From Perna viridis (taxonomy: Eukaryota): a stretch of DNA of 64,000 nucleotides. Numbering within the stretch: the first letter of the stretch is position 1; every line of letters begins with the position of its first letter. Positions 12,301-27,300 of this stretch are shown piece after piece. The notes under the pieces are model-generated. The model had not been told where the DNA came from, ran no database searches, and saw only the letters and a list, made by a program, of their open reading frames with translations. The stretch lies in contig CM074518.1 of NCBI GenBank assembly GCA_037379345.1, positions 24,738,001 through 24,802,000 of the forward strand. Direction: 5' to 3'. The position numbers were made by a program, and so were the translations under genes.

Positions 12301-15300
12301 CATAACCCAGCAGGCAGTAGATTCACTTCCCTTCTGGAAGTCTCACAGTGAGACTCGGATAGTTTTACATCTACCTTTTGAGACATACTCACTGTAGCCA
12401 AATATATTCAATGTTTGTTCCATAGTACAATGCATGGTGTCAAGAAAAGTTATTAAAGGATTATTTTATGTTTGTAGGAGCTTGTAACTTTGAGAAAGGC
12501 CAGTGTGGTTGGAAAGATGGCAGTACTGGACGATATAACTGGCACAGTTTCCAAGGATCCTCTCCAGGAACGGGCGGACCTAGAACAGATCATACTATCA
12601 ATTCTGGACAGGGTAATAATTCTGTTTTTATTATATATTTACAAAGCTATAAAATAGCAATATATCAAAAACTCCACACTTTAATTCAGTTTATATTGAT
12701 ATATTGTTGTTTTGAAAATTTCAGAACATTTTCTATCTTGAACAAGTCAAATATTTACATATTTTAGTGTTTTGCTTTTGTCAGGTTAATTGGTATACAT
12801 GTACATTATACATGTATGTGTTGATAAATCATTCTCATTAGGCTATGTGTGTACATTTTTAAGCAATATTATGACCTCTCTGAATCTTTTCTTGAAGGTC
12901 ATTACATGTTGGTAGAAGGTGCAAGTGGAAATTTCTTTAGTCGTGCAATCCTTGACTCTCCAGTTTTCCAAGCAACGGCTGCCAGCTGTCGTGTAACATT
13001 CTGGTACCACATGAATGGAACTTATGCAGGTAATTTTTATTTCAAATATTACACTGAAATCAGTCTAAACAGAACCCTGAATCAGTTTGATTCCTTCTTT
13101 AAACCTGATTCTCTCTGAAATCCCTTGATATCAATTTCAATACATTTTGAACCAGTAAAAAATAAACAAAACCTTCAGTCCCTAAAAGGTTTTGGCTTAG
13201 ATGGACTTCACAGTATTTTCTAGCTTGACCTGGTACAACAGGAAATGCTGTGGAAATGTATAGCAATGAACTAAATATAATGCCTGGTAAATTATTTTGT
13301 TACTAAATGATAAAGAGATTTCGTTCTAGAATCAGTAGAGTGCTTTAATTATAATTTTCTCTGAAATATTGTCTTAAAGCAATTTTACGATTACTGATCT
13401 TTATATTTTGTGTTTTCTTCATCCAGGAAACTTGCAACTAGAAGTTGTCAACTCACAGAAAAGCTCTGACACATCACTTATCTGGTACATGACTGGTAGT
13501 CAAGGTTACGGCTGGCATAATGCATCTGCAGACATTGGTCAACTTAAGCCAGGCTATAAGGTAGAGTTAGTTACACTTGTGTCAACCATTGTAAAAGATA
13601 ATGCATTTGCCTGCCTGTTGTTTTAATACTGAACTTTTTATTCTGGGATTTGATTCTTCTGCAAATTGGCAGAATCCTGCATGTACAAATCCATATTTTA
13701 CCTTAAAGATTCTTTATTTTGTTCTATACTTACTTTTGATTTGGCCATTTCTGCTTCCCTTTAATTCCTTGTACCTCATACCTGCTTCTTCAAAGTTCAA
13801 AATATGTTGATTCTCTGAGGTCATTGACAGACAACTTGGCTGAATTTGTCTTCATGACTTATATCCTATTGCCAGAGCTCTTGAAAAGCTGTGAAAAGAT
13901 TGTCTTCTTTTAGAAAAATATGAATATGAAAATTTCATAACCCATGAGTGCTTTTTACCATTAAATTAATGATGCATAGAGAAACAGTCTACCTCTCAGG
14001 CACATTGATCTAGTACATGTTTACTATATGACTCAGGTAATTTTTTAGGTGACATATTATAGAAATTTATGAACAAATTTCTCAGTTTCTATTGGAGGGA
14101 ATACTTATTGTTTTTTTTATGATGACTTACACTGTGTCTGTCCTTTCCAAGTTTGATGAAATGATTAAGTGGGGTACTTTTAGCTGCTTGTTTGTATGAA
14201 TAAAAAATGGTCTGAAAACCCAGAAATTTACCACTAGCCTAAATTTGACAATGAACCAAGAATTTTTCTTGAATTGTAGCTGAGATTCCGTGCATTCCCG
14301 AACAAAGGATTCTCATTCTCAAAGATCCCGAACTCTGACATAGCCATTGATGATGTAAACTTTGTGAACTGTGACCCAACACAAATTTACCAGAATAACA
14401 GTAAGATCATTTAGTCTGTTATAGCAAGTTGAAATAAATTGATGTCAATACTATTAAGTTTGATCATTAATCGGTTTTAGCAAATTAAAAGAAAGTGATA
14501 CTGAAAGTAGTGAGATCATTTAATCGGTTTTAGCAAATTAAAAGAAAGTGATACTGAAAGTAGTGAGATCATTTAATCGGTTTTAGCAAATTAAAAGAAA
14601 GTGATACTGAAAGTAGTGAGATCATTTAATCGGTTTTAGCAAATTAAAAGAAAGTGATACTGAAAGTAGTAAGATTATTCTACCTGTAACCAGTAGAAGG
14701 AATAACAAGATCCTTTAACCTGTTACTGTCAATTGAAAGAGAGTGCTTTTAAATAACAGTGGAAATTTGTTTCTGATTAATATGTTCAACATTTGAGTTA
14801 ATACATTACTGTGAAAGTACTTTAATTCATGGATACCATTTTTCGGGGATTAGGAAAGGAACACAAGTTCATGTATTCTTGAATTCATGGTTTTGAGGTT
14901 TTCTGTATACACTTCAATGGGAATCTCCTTTTCGATGGGAACCAAATTTCATGGGTGAGCCTATCCATGAAAACCATGAAAATTTTTACCCCATGAATAG
15001 TAGTACTTTCACAGTTGAACACATCAAGCTGTTTTATCATTATGTAGGTAAAAAATTATTTTCCTGAAAAGAAGTTCTCAGTTCTCATATAACGAAATTA
15101 CTTTCACAGAACAGTACGATAATTACAGAGTCTTGATCGTATATATTTTAAAAGGGCTATCAGCTCAGACTTTATTTTTTAATTGATAAATGATATGTTT
15201 TCTGTTATTAAATACAATTTTTTTCCTTTAAGTTCTGAACTGTACCTTTGAAAACGATTTCTGTGGATATGTCCAAAGCACAAGAGACACCTTTGATTGG

Positions 15301-18300
15301 ACAAGGACAAACATGGCTTCACCAACACGTGGAACAGGACCAGATAGGGATCACACTACTGGACACGGTAATTTTAATGAAGACCAGAATATCTTACTTA
15401 TCTTACAGACATGTTATGTGCAATTCCTCTCTTTGGATTTTGATTAATCTGTATAGAAATGTTGGGCATCATATGTCCATGTTCGTGAAGGAATGTAGTT
15501 ACTGTCAGGGACACAAAAGGGATATAATCAAAATTAAGGGTTTAACACGTTAAAACCTTTTAAGTACAACTCCTCCTAAACTAGTCAAGGTATTTTGATG
15601 ATACATAATAGGAAGGTTGAGCATCCTATATTGATTTCCATGAAGGAATATATTCTCTGTTGGGTGACTCCAAAGGGAGATAATCAAACTTGAAAGCTTT
15701 TCATGTTAAATCATCATAAGCCCAACTCCTCCTCAACCATTGAAGGGACTTTGATGAAACATTATAGGTAGGTTTGGCATCATATGTAAATGTACATGTT
15801 ACTATCAGGGGGCTGCAAAGGGAAAAAGTTGTACTTATGTGTTATACATTCAACTGCATTGGAAGCAGGAGATATTCTCCTTGTGAGCTTGCTGACAGTA
15901 TTTCTAGTATATAGTGGATTGTCTGAAGGTTTTGTTGATTTCTTGTCTGCTTTAAGGAGTTAGACCTAGGGTAAGGGACACAACTCTTGCAAATCATTGA
16001 AACGTTTGTATTAAAGACTACATCAAGAAAGGAGACAAAACAATTTAACACAAATTGACTAAATAACTTGCACAGAAACAATAGAAAAATGAGCAACCCA
16101 GATCATATTATAAACTTTAGTATGGACTGAGTGCTCTGGTAGGGTAAGCACCCTCTGCTTTTTGAGAAACATCCCAAGGTGCTTATTTCATGCATAATTT
16201 TTGGTTGAAACAAAAGAGGTAAACTACAGCATTTGAACAAATCTGTTCTAATAGTGCTAAATGTACAATGAACTTGATTTGCTTGACATTTTAGGTTACT
16301 ATGTATACATTGAGACTTCAGCTCCTAGGCATGCTGGTGACAAAGCTGTTTTATCAACTGGCATCCTCCAACCAGCAGCCAATGGTGTGTGTTTAACCTT
16401 CTGGTACCACATGTTTGGGGCTCACGTTGAAACATTGAACGTTTATTCTGAAACAACTGGAGGAAATAGGACAATGATCTGGTCCAATTCTAAGACACAA
16501 GGCAATGTGTGGAAACAGGCAACCAGAACAATAACTTCATTGTATCCATACAAAGTAAGTCATTTTTAATTTTTGATGAGTTGCTTCATGGACAGCAGCT
16601 CTGCAAATTTTAAGTAGGGGGAGGTAAAAAAACCCATTCACTTTTTTAATAGTTGGTTTACAGAGTGCTATATATGTCCAAAATGTTTCATGACAGAAAG
16701 AAAAAAAATAATGTGACACATCTACATTATTTTGTTAGAATATTTAACATCAAATGTATTAATACACATTTTATTATGTAAAAGGGGTTGATGCCACTCA
16801 TTTCTGTGTGTACTTATATTGTTAAAATATAATGATTGTCCTTTGACCCTTCATTTCTATATTCCTGGTTTTGTTCTTTGTCCACAGATTCCCCTCTGTA
16901 TGTCACTTATAAAACATAAGTATGCAGAATGTAAATGTCAGGTTCATTGGATTGTGTTCTGGAATGTAGAGGCCTCACATGGGATATCATTAGGGAGAAT
17001 CAATGAAACATGTACTTCTGTGTCAATTACTTTAGGAAAAAAAAAACTTTTTTCTTTTCATTTTGGAAGAAATTCACATAAAAAATACAACAAAAAATGT
17101 AATGAAAAAAAAGATAAATAAGGAAGGTGTCAGGGAGACTTAGTTCAATGTATGAATAAAAACTTAATTTTATTTCCAGATTCTTTATCAAACATGAAGA
17201 TGTTTACTACAACATAATAGTTATTCTGGACTTGGACAGGGTATATATTGTCACATTCACTGCTTATGATGTTCCTTAGGCTCATGGAATATAAATCATA
17301 AGCCATGAGTGTGACATTATATACCCTGTCTAAGGCTGGAATAACATATAATATATATATGTGTGTGTGCGTGTGTGTGAAGATAAATGATAAATGAAGT
17401 CCTCCTACTTCCATCAAAATCTGTTTAACACAAGCATTTTATTGACTGACAAGGGATTTTCAGAACACATTGGACTTTTTTTATTTATACAAGGAAAAAT
17501 ATGGTTGGGGGCAAAAAAAATAATGCAATTTTGAAATTTTATTTTTATTCCACTTCTGACAAAAATCAGATCGGTGGATCTGGAAACCAATTTATTAAAA
17601 AAAGGCCTTATTGCATTTTCCATTGGAATGCATCCCATTGCCCTAGTGTTTGAAAATTATGCTAATCCATTCCTTTTTCCTGGCAAGAATTGACCAATGA
17701 TAGTTTGAAACATAGCCTGGTTTTTTTTTTTTTTTATAAGAGACTTATATCTCGGGCTCATATCTCAGGCTCTGGCCTATCATTTGGCAGAGAAAAGCAC
17801 TCAGTTCATTAATAAAGACATAAGCAACTGTCAAATACAACTATCTATGGTCTAAATTTTACTTTAAGGAAGTAGACCTAGGGTAAGGGACACAACTCTT
17901 ATGAGTCATTGGAATGATTGTATTCAGCATTTTACGTCAATCTCATGTAAGCATCAAAGTAACTTGGACTTGTTTCATTCTGTTTCAAATGAAAGCTTGA
18001 TAGGCTTTGGTGAAATTGATACAAACATATCACTGATTTCAAGAGTTATGTCCCTTACCCTAGGTCTACCTCCTTAAAAAGTGTCACATAACAAGGAAAT
18101 TCTAGTCCTGTTCTTGATCATCATTTTATCATTGTAGATTTCATTTGAAGGTGTAGTAGGAACAAGCTGGCAAGGAGATATAGCCCTGGATGATATATCA
18201 TTGGTACAAGGACACTGTCCACCTACAAGTACGTCTTTCAATGAATAACACCCCTCATTTTTCATTATTAGCTCAACAGGACTCAAGGAAGTTGAACTAA

Positions 18301-21300
18301 AAATGAGATTTTTCTGGAAACCTTGAATTTCCTCAAATTTAAAATTTCAAGCATGTTTCAATTTAGAAAAGATTTGAGGTAATAGTTGTATTGAAAAATC
18401 TCAAATGGAGATTTTCTCTTTTCCTTGAGTTTTTCATCAAACATAAAATTTCAAGAAAGCTGATTGGTTAAAATTTTAGTTGAGGAAAGATTTTAGGAAA
18501 TTTTTAATATGATTTTTTTATGAGACCAAAACCAGGTTCCCATTGCAATAGGTATTTATGCTCACCCAAAGGCTCTAGGGACATTGATTTGATTAAAACT
18601 CTGTAAATAAGTTTTTGTTCCGTTAAAGTGAAAACCATTTCAATACATTTATCTTCTATGAGTAATACTCGTAGGATACATCATGCAAATCTTGTAATAT
18701 TGTTTGGTTTTGCCTATTTCAGGAGTATGTGACTTTGAAGCTGATTTCTGTGACTGGACTCAGGAGACTAATACAGACAAATTTGATTGGTCAAGAGATA
18801 AAAATGGTACCTCCTCAACTGGAACTGGTCCCCAGTATGATCACAGCACAGAAAGCGAGAGCGGTAGATTTTATTATTATCTTTTAGACAGAAATTAGTA
18901 AAATTACTAAGTTAATACTAATATTTTTATGCCCTCTGCTTTGAAAGGAGGTATATATTGATGATTTTTTCTACAAGAGTTTAGATAGAGTTTTATAAAG
19001 AAACATCAGGTTAGTATGTTATAAATGGATAAAACAAAATCAACATGCCTAAATGTAAAATTTCTAGACTAAGTGCTTGAACCTGATGTTCAGGAATAAG
19101 TCTGCAATCTATCTTCACTCTAAAAGTGTCTCAGATAAGTATGAAGAACATTGTGTTTTCAATATTTTTAAGGCAATGTCTAAAAACCAGTGCATACAGA
19201 TAGAAATTTTGACTTTATTTTTTGAAAAACAAACCAACTTAAGGTATATCCTGTATATATTTGGTCTGTATTTAACGTTATTGGCTGTTGTCCTTCCTTC
19301 TTTGATAGAAATATTGTTGAATATAGAATTGTGTTTACATTTTCTTTTGTTAATTGATTAGAATTGTTTCATATTTGGTATGCAACTTTAATAAGATGAG
19401 TTTTTTTTTGGCCTTCATATTTTCTGTTTTGCTAAACTCCTGCCTGATATCTTAAAAAACAAATTGGGGTAATCTCCATGAACATTACATTGCATACCCA
19501 TAAAAGTTCCATTGAATGTTGTGTTACAGGGTATTACATTTACACGGAATCCTCAGCACCACGAAAACAAGGTGACAATGCCAAACTTGTAAGTCCAATG
19601 TTTGGTAATGACAGAACGGGAAAGTCCTGTTTCACATTCTGGTATCACATGCATGGGGACAATGTTGGACGTCTTAATGTTTACCTACGTCAGCAGGGAA
19701 ATGCAGACATATTAGTATGGAGTATGATTGGAAACCAGCCAAACCTTTGGTACTACAACAGTGTGAATCTTAATACCCAACAACAGTTTCAGGTGAAAAT
19801 TTGAACACTATCAGTGTATTATTCAGAAATACTGCATGTATTATTTATTACGAATGTAAGGTGGAAATGCAAATTTAATTCTCGACATTTTATTTTTTTT
19901 ATTTTTTTTTTCTTAGAAAAAATGATGTTAAAAGTTTTGATTATTGTGTATATTATTTGCATTTTTTACATCAATAAAGCATCACATTACAGTGTTCTAT
20001 GATTCCTATTTCCCGTTACCCGGGGCAAGTGAAATTTGGGTCAGGGAAAGTTAGGTACTTAGTTACACTTTCCCGTGGCAAGTTGAAAACTTCATATGCT
20101 GTAAGGATAAGTTAAGTTAGGAAAGCAGTCATTGACTGTGGGAAAGATGATTTTATATGGATTTTTTCCGAGGAAATCTCAATTTCTGAAAAAATCCTTG
20201 AACACTGTCATTAATTTCTGATATTACAGAAATAATATTTAGTCTATGAAATGGATATATCCATATATCCATACCTAAATGATTTTACAACTGCAGCTTA
20301 TCAACACATTCACAAGCTTTTTTTTTTGTTTTGATGAACATTAATGTGATAAGGAATATTTAGGCCATTCTAAGTTAATTCCTTGGTTCCCAGGACATTC
20401 CTCATCTCTTGTGGAATTGCCTTATTACCCTTTATATTACCATATCAATCAATTTCCCACAAAATAGCTACTTTCTCATTTTTTATTTCCGGCTATGAAC
20501 AATTTTTAAGGCATGCTAATCAATAATTTAATTAAGGTAATAAAATTGAAAAATGCCTTCCTCTCTCACAAGCTTTCATGAAAAAAAAAACAACCTGAAA
20601 ACTGATAAATTAACTTTGGCCTAATTAGCAACAATTTTATTGTACGGAAAATACCATAACATGCAACAATGTAAATTATAATGATAATGTATGGATAACT
20701 AATCATAAAACCTTCAAATGTTCAGCTCAATAAAAATGGTGAAAGGAAATTGTGTTATTTGAAATAAAGGACTCCAGACTTGGTTTGCTATTTAAGGAAG
20801 TAGACCTAGGGTAATGGACACAACTCCTGAAAACCATTGGAACGTTTGTATGCAGCATTTTACATCCATCTTAAGTAAGCATCTAATTAACTTGGATTGA
20901 TTTATTCTGCTTCAAACAAAAGCTTGAGAGGCTTTGGTGAAATTGAATATGATACAAACATATCAATGATTTCTAGAGATATGTCCCTTACCCTAGGTCT
21001 ACCACCTTGACAAAACGTGAATATGTATGTATGTAAGTTTTTTTTTAAACAGTTGATTCTAGAAGGAGTTGTTGGAAATGGTTACCAAGGAGACATTGCT
21101 ATTGATGATGTAGCCGTCACCAAAGGAGCCTGTCCACCACCAGGAAATTGTGATTTCGAATCTGACACATGTGGTTACTTGAATTCACGTGTAGGTGATG
21201 CATTTGATTGGCTAAGATCTGCTGGAGGAACTTTAACACCCAACACTGGACCAGCTACTGACCATACCACTGGCACTGACCAAGGATTTTACATGTTTAT

Positions 21301-24300
21301 CGAGTCATCAGGACGAAACAAAGGAGATCGTGCCTATTTCTACAGTCAGTACTACCCAGCAACCACAGGATCCTGTTACTCATTCTGGTACCACATGTAT
21401 GGTTCAGGTATGTTGTGAGTAAAAATACAGTGGATCATTTCTAAGCTCAACTTGGCATAGATTTAGAGATTTTAAAAAGGGAGAGGGGTTTATTGCACAA
21501 AAAAATAACTGAATTTAGAAATTTCCCAATCAAAGGGTGTCCAACCAAATGAATACATCCATGATCTGAAATTAATTTGGAAAGGAGTTCAATTCAGACA
21601 AGATGATGATGGGTTGATGAAATGTTGATTATTGCATTTTTCTGTTCCATCATATTTTCAGACTAGCTGATAACTGCTAACCTATTTTCTGTCAGAACTT
21701 GAGTGATTTTCAGGTCTGTAATTAGAAGAACTTGAACTAATTCTATAATTACTTGTATGATATTTATTATTTTGTACTTTAAAAAATTGTTTTGCTATTT
21801 TTAGACATTGGAGCTTTAAGGCTGTACAGACAAATGCCAAAGAATACCTTGTTAGTATGGAATATGACTGGTAACCAAGGCAACGTATGGCACCAAGCTA
21901 AGGTTTACATCAATAGTACAGCTGGACAGATATGGCAGGTCAGTAACATTTATACAGTGAATCCTATCTGTACCAAACATCTTTTAAAATCCTTTTATAG
22001 CAATTGACCTTTTTCATATTCCTGACTTTGACTTCATTTTTTGAGCAAAGGGAAGTAACCTTCCAACCATGAAGACTGGATTACTATCTGATTGGAGCAG
22101 TGGACAGCTGTATACTTCAAATCAAATATTTTGATTATTGTAGCAGTGATAAGTACTTGGTACCTTTTGAATAGATAATTTCAAACCATTTAACTTCTTA
22201 CCAAGTGTAAATAGCTTAAATTTCAAAGAAAAATGTTAATTGTTCTTCCTTTTCCCATTGAGACTGCTAACCAGGTTGTTGGGTGTTGCTAGGTTATGTC
22301 CCTTTGAAAAACTTGCTAAATTGGCTTGCATTCCATAAATATGAAAAATAACTATTATGACTGGTAAACAAAACACCTGTCTAAACTGAACTCATTTTTA
22401 ACTCCAAAAAATGTTGACAGGTTTCACTGTACCACAAAACAAATTATGAATTATATAAAAATGATGGATTAATAATGAATTTGATTTTCATGAAATTTAT
22501 CCTCATTCTACTATTGTAAAAAATTAACCATGCTTTGCCAAATATTTTCAAATCATATGCTTTGTTTTATTATTTTTTTCCAAGTCCAGTTAACTACCTA
22601 AGACATTTTATCAGATGATTGTCATTTAATCAAGGGAACTCCAACTCTTTCCTTAATCATCATCATTGTATTTGCCGTAAGACTTAACCTAATCAATTAT
22701 TTCTCTTTGCATTGGGGAGTGGCTATATCAGCACACACTCTTATATCTGCCTTTTGATGTAGCGTATGAGACCTTATTATATCTTGCTTATTCGTTCTCT
22801 TATTTAATGATATATGTGCTCCATAATTTTTCAAGGTGACCTTTGATGGAGAAGTTGGTGGAGGCTATGCAGGAGATATTGCCATTGATGACATTGTTGT
22901 CTACCCTGGGTTCTGTAACCAGACTATTACCACGACAACAATGATGCCACCTACCACTAAAAACTATCGTAAGTCAGGAATATTACTGCATTATCCTTAT
23001 TTGGTTTTCTTTAGCACTAAATCTAAAACAATATTAATTTAAGTGCTTTACTTTACAAGAATATTTTTTTAATACAATTTACCATGAAATATATTTAGAT
23101 ATCCCACACATTTGGTAGAAAAAATGTTCTACCAATCATAAAAAAATATGTACATATATTTACAGAAACAAAAATAAATCTCAGAAATAAAATATACAAA
23201 AATGAAAAATTTTACAATTAAGAATTTGTATTTAATAAGGCTACTTAGATTATACCCTGCCTTTTCTTCTTGTGACTGATTTTTTTATTTTCTGTTGTTA
23301 AGAAGAAAAAATATTGTTTATGTAGAAACTTGGGAGTCAATTTTAACACCCTGCCATATGAAGTGGCAAAGTATTATGTGTTACACTCAGTGTATCCATC
23401 TATTTATTAATCACCTGACAGTTTCCAGATGACAACTTTAGAAGATATTAAAGGATCCTTTTTTTTCAAATTTTGTATATTTATTGAGTATAATATTATA
23501 CAGATCAAGTTTGAATTTTAGTTTGATGAGATTAATTAAGTTTGAATTTCAGTTCGATGAGATTATTTACACAAAATGTAATGGTGATTTGAAGAAATGT
23601 TTGCACCCCAAAATTGTTTGTAACATGGTGGGATATCATTTAATGTCTTTATGGTTGAGGTATAAATTGTATTTCTTTTAGGTTGAAGTGATCAAAAATA
23701 TTTTTTTTCTTCTTTCTTACTTTTCTACTAGCTCCAACAAACCAAGATTGTAACTTTGACAACAACAATATTTGTCAGTACTCACAAGACCAGTCAGATC
23801 AATTTAATTGGTCATTACAGAAAGGAACAACTGCATCAATTTCTACTGGTCCTCCTTACGATCATAGTACTAAAGGTTCATCAGGTGAGGCCAATAAAGT
23901 TGAAGTCAGAGATTTTACACTTTAGAGACAAAGATATTTTTATTTTCAGCAGTGTGAGGTTTTTTTTCATCTCATGTACAGGTGTAAGTAGGATATTTGT
24001 TAAATTAAGGGAATTTTTGACTATCAGGACCTTATTTGTTAGCATAATCATCACCAAATTGTGTTTTAGATTTGAGAAAAAGAATAAAAAAAATGCCAGG
24101 GAATGACTTTGAAATCTCGGACACCTTTGTGTAAGATTGCACTGTCCAAAATTTATTTTTTAATTGATTTGATCTAATAAAGAAAACCACAAAAAATACA
24201 GGTATTTATGATCAGTAAATACACATATCATCTTGATTGATAGAAATAATACTAAAAAATATTGGGTGTCATCTGACTATTTGTAGTCCAATGAAAATAC

Positions 24301-27300
24301 TCCAATTATGATTATGATTATCAACCTGTTGATTTATTTTTCCAGGTTACTACATCTTCACTGAAGCCTCTGGTAGGAGGCCTAATGACACAGCCAGAAT
24401 TATAAGCCCTAACCTTAATGTAATGGATAATGGAAAGTGTGTCAAGTTCTGGTACCACATGTATGGAGAAAGTATCTACAAGCTAAACCTTTATGCTAAA
24501 AATGGTAAGGTGTACATTAAATTTGACATAGAATTTGAAATTTTTAATTCTAATGCAAATTTTCTGGTAATATATGAAGAGTCATTGGATAGCTTTGTAA
24601 ATTTCCAGGTATCAGTCCTGCAGTATTTTAAGCATGCAGGGATTGTTTTTTTAGATTTTTAATTGCTATTTTTACAGTTTAGTTTGACTGCTGCATTATG
24701 ATTGACTTGGTTTGGTTGTACATGGATTTTAAGGTTTTATCTTCTCAATCTATAAAAAGGATTAATGTTTACTGGCTTTTCTGACACATCATATGTGATC
24801 TAAATTTGTGACTGTCATCTGTCAAATCCATGATTGATTTCTCCAGATTTCTATAGAAAATACAGTTATCTCGTAAATGTTAGAAATTGAGAAGAATATT
24901 ACAGTCTCTTAAGAAAGTCCAGTTTTTGAAAACTTAATACAGTCATATATATTTGATTAAAACATGGAATTCCTCTACTTCAAAAACAAAATCTGCCCTA
25001 GTTGCCACATTTTACCATTACTGGTCTACTTTTTGAATGCTTTTACTTTTAATTAACCAACATATATTTTTTTGTTGGCCTTGTTAAATCATATCTTCCA
25101 GTAGCAGTTTTACAAAAAAAAATGATACATACAGTGTACCATATTCTTTAAAGGGAACTCTCTTGGAAACCCAATGTGGACCAAGCAAGGAGATCAAGGA
25201 GACAGATGGAAATATGCCCAAGTCTATATGATTCCTGCTGCAATGTCAGCTGTTCCCAAAGGACAAACATCAGCAACAGTCCAGGTTTGTATTGTGTAGA
25301 ATTATTGACACAGTGGGAGGTAATTTTAGGTGTAGGGAAATTTATGTGCCCTGGACTATATGATTCCTACAACATTGTCAGCTGTTCCTTCTCTTAAAGG
25401 TAGAGAATGGTAAAGAGCTCATTAAGAAGCCAAGAAAAGTTCAGTGGTTTTTATATATAACTCTTCATTTTGTTGAAAAAATAGTTAAGTTGGATAGATG
25501 TATTGTATTTAAAGATATGGAGGTGTCAACATTTAGGAATTGCTAATCTAATTTTTTTATTTATCTTTTAAAATTGACAACAGTGTGATTATTAAGTTGC
25601 TTCTTTTATTTTGTAGCTTGTATTTGAAGGAGTTAGAGGAACAGGATATAAAGGAGATATGGCCCTAGATGACATCTCTGTAAATGATGGAGCATGCCCA
25701 CCTTCAAGTTAGTACCAGAGAAATGGTTTTTTTTTTATATAGAATGGGAATCCATTTTCAGTATCATTTTGGGGTTAGAAGAATCACTCAATCAAATTTA
25801 GATAAAAATTGGGTTTTTTTATTGTTCAAATTGAAAGAGTAATTAAGGGAACCAAGGTTTTAGCAGTAATCAAAAGAATCTAATCCAGGGACATAGACCA
25901 GACATGGAAAACAGATATACACAACAAAGAACATATAGTAACTAAAATCATACATACAAAGTAACAAAAGCAAATGAGCAACTCCACTAAAAACTGGGAG
26001 TATGGACCAGGTGCACTGGTAGGGTAAGCACCCTCTGCTTTTCTAGAAACACCCGCCGAATTGCTCATAAAAAGGCAAGTGCGGGGTAGATGAAAGGAAA
26101 AATATAAATCAAATCAAATTTTCATTGAATGTCAGAGCATGTATAGCATTATTGGGAAAATTGTTTTCATTTCAGTAGGAGCTGTAAGGAGGGAAGAAAA
26201 TGATTGCATGATAAAAGAAAATGTAGAAATTAAAATATATTGATCAAGTTTTATCTGAAATATGAGTAGTGCTTTTTGACAGTACTAAATGCTTTCTTAT
26301 GATCAAATTTTAAACATTTGTTTTTAAATACCTGTAAGTTCATAGTTCATTGGTGGTTCTCACATGAATAAAAAAAATGAAATACTTATCTTTTATTTCA
26401 TTCTTCAAACAGCAACCTGTAGTTTTGAAACACAGACAATCTGTGGATTTAGCCAGGATTCATTTGATAATTTTGATTGGTCACGAGCATCAGGAAGAAC
26501 TACATCTGGAGGAACTGGTCCCCAATTTGATCATACCTATGGAACTAATGCTGGTAGGTTAAATGATTCTAGTACATACAGTGACCAATCAAGAGATTTT
26601 GAAAAGGGGGATTTCAGGCTGTTATTTGTTCATTATTTGGAATTTCCTTATAAATCAGGCCTATATAAATTGCTGTAGATGAGTAGAAAATTTAAATGTG
26701 AGATTTTTTCCAGCTTTAATCACTTGAAGCCGTCTTATCTGAACATAGGGTAAAATACTGGAATAATTTCAGAAGTACTAAGTGCTAATATGATCAATGT
26801 ACATATAATAGTACACTGGAACTTCATGTTTAGATTATTAGTAAGTAATGTTAATATTGAGACAAATATTCCTATTATTCCCTTATTTTAGAAATAAAAC
26901 CATTTTTATTTTTAAAAAAAAATCTTAGCCCCATGAAATGTGCTTGATTTAACCCAAAAGCCACTTAAAGCCCAACAGTGGGAAAAGTTCTATCATTTTG
27001 GATTTCATTTCAATTGAAGATAGTTCCTACGATTTTGACATATTTTGATTGTTCCATTGTTTGGTATTTTTTGGCCCATATCTCCAATTTCAGCACTATT
27101 GATATATGTACATATATAAATTCCTTTTATTTTTTTCTCAAGGGAACTACATGTTCATTGAGTCATCTAGACCAAGGGTGCCTGGCGATGTTGCCCGTCT
27201 TCTTACACCAATTTATCCAACAACTAATGGAAAATGTTTGACATTCTACTATCACATGTATGGGGCAGGAACTGGAACTCTTAATGTCAAAATGAAACAG

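Noticed and set aside
14450-14680. Direct-repeat arrays (also 43122-43365, 45755-46030, 55820-56030) as CRISPR arrays
   Set aside because: The units are head-to-tail with no unique spacers, there are no cas genes, and the context is a eukaryotic intron.
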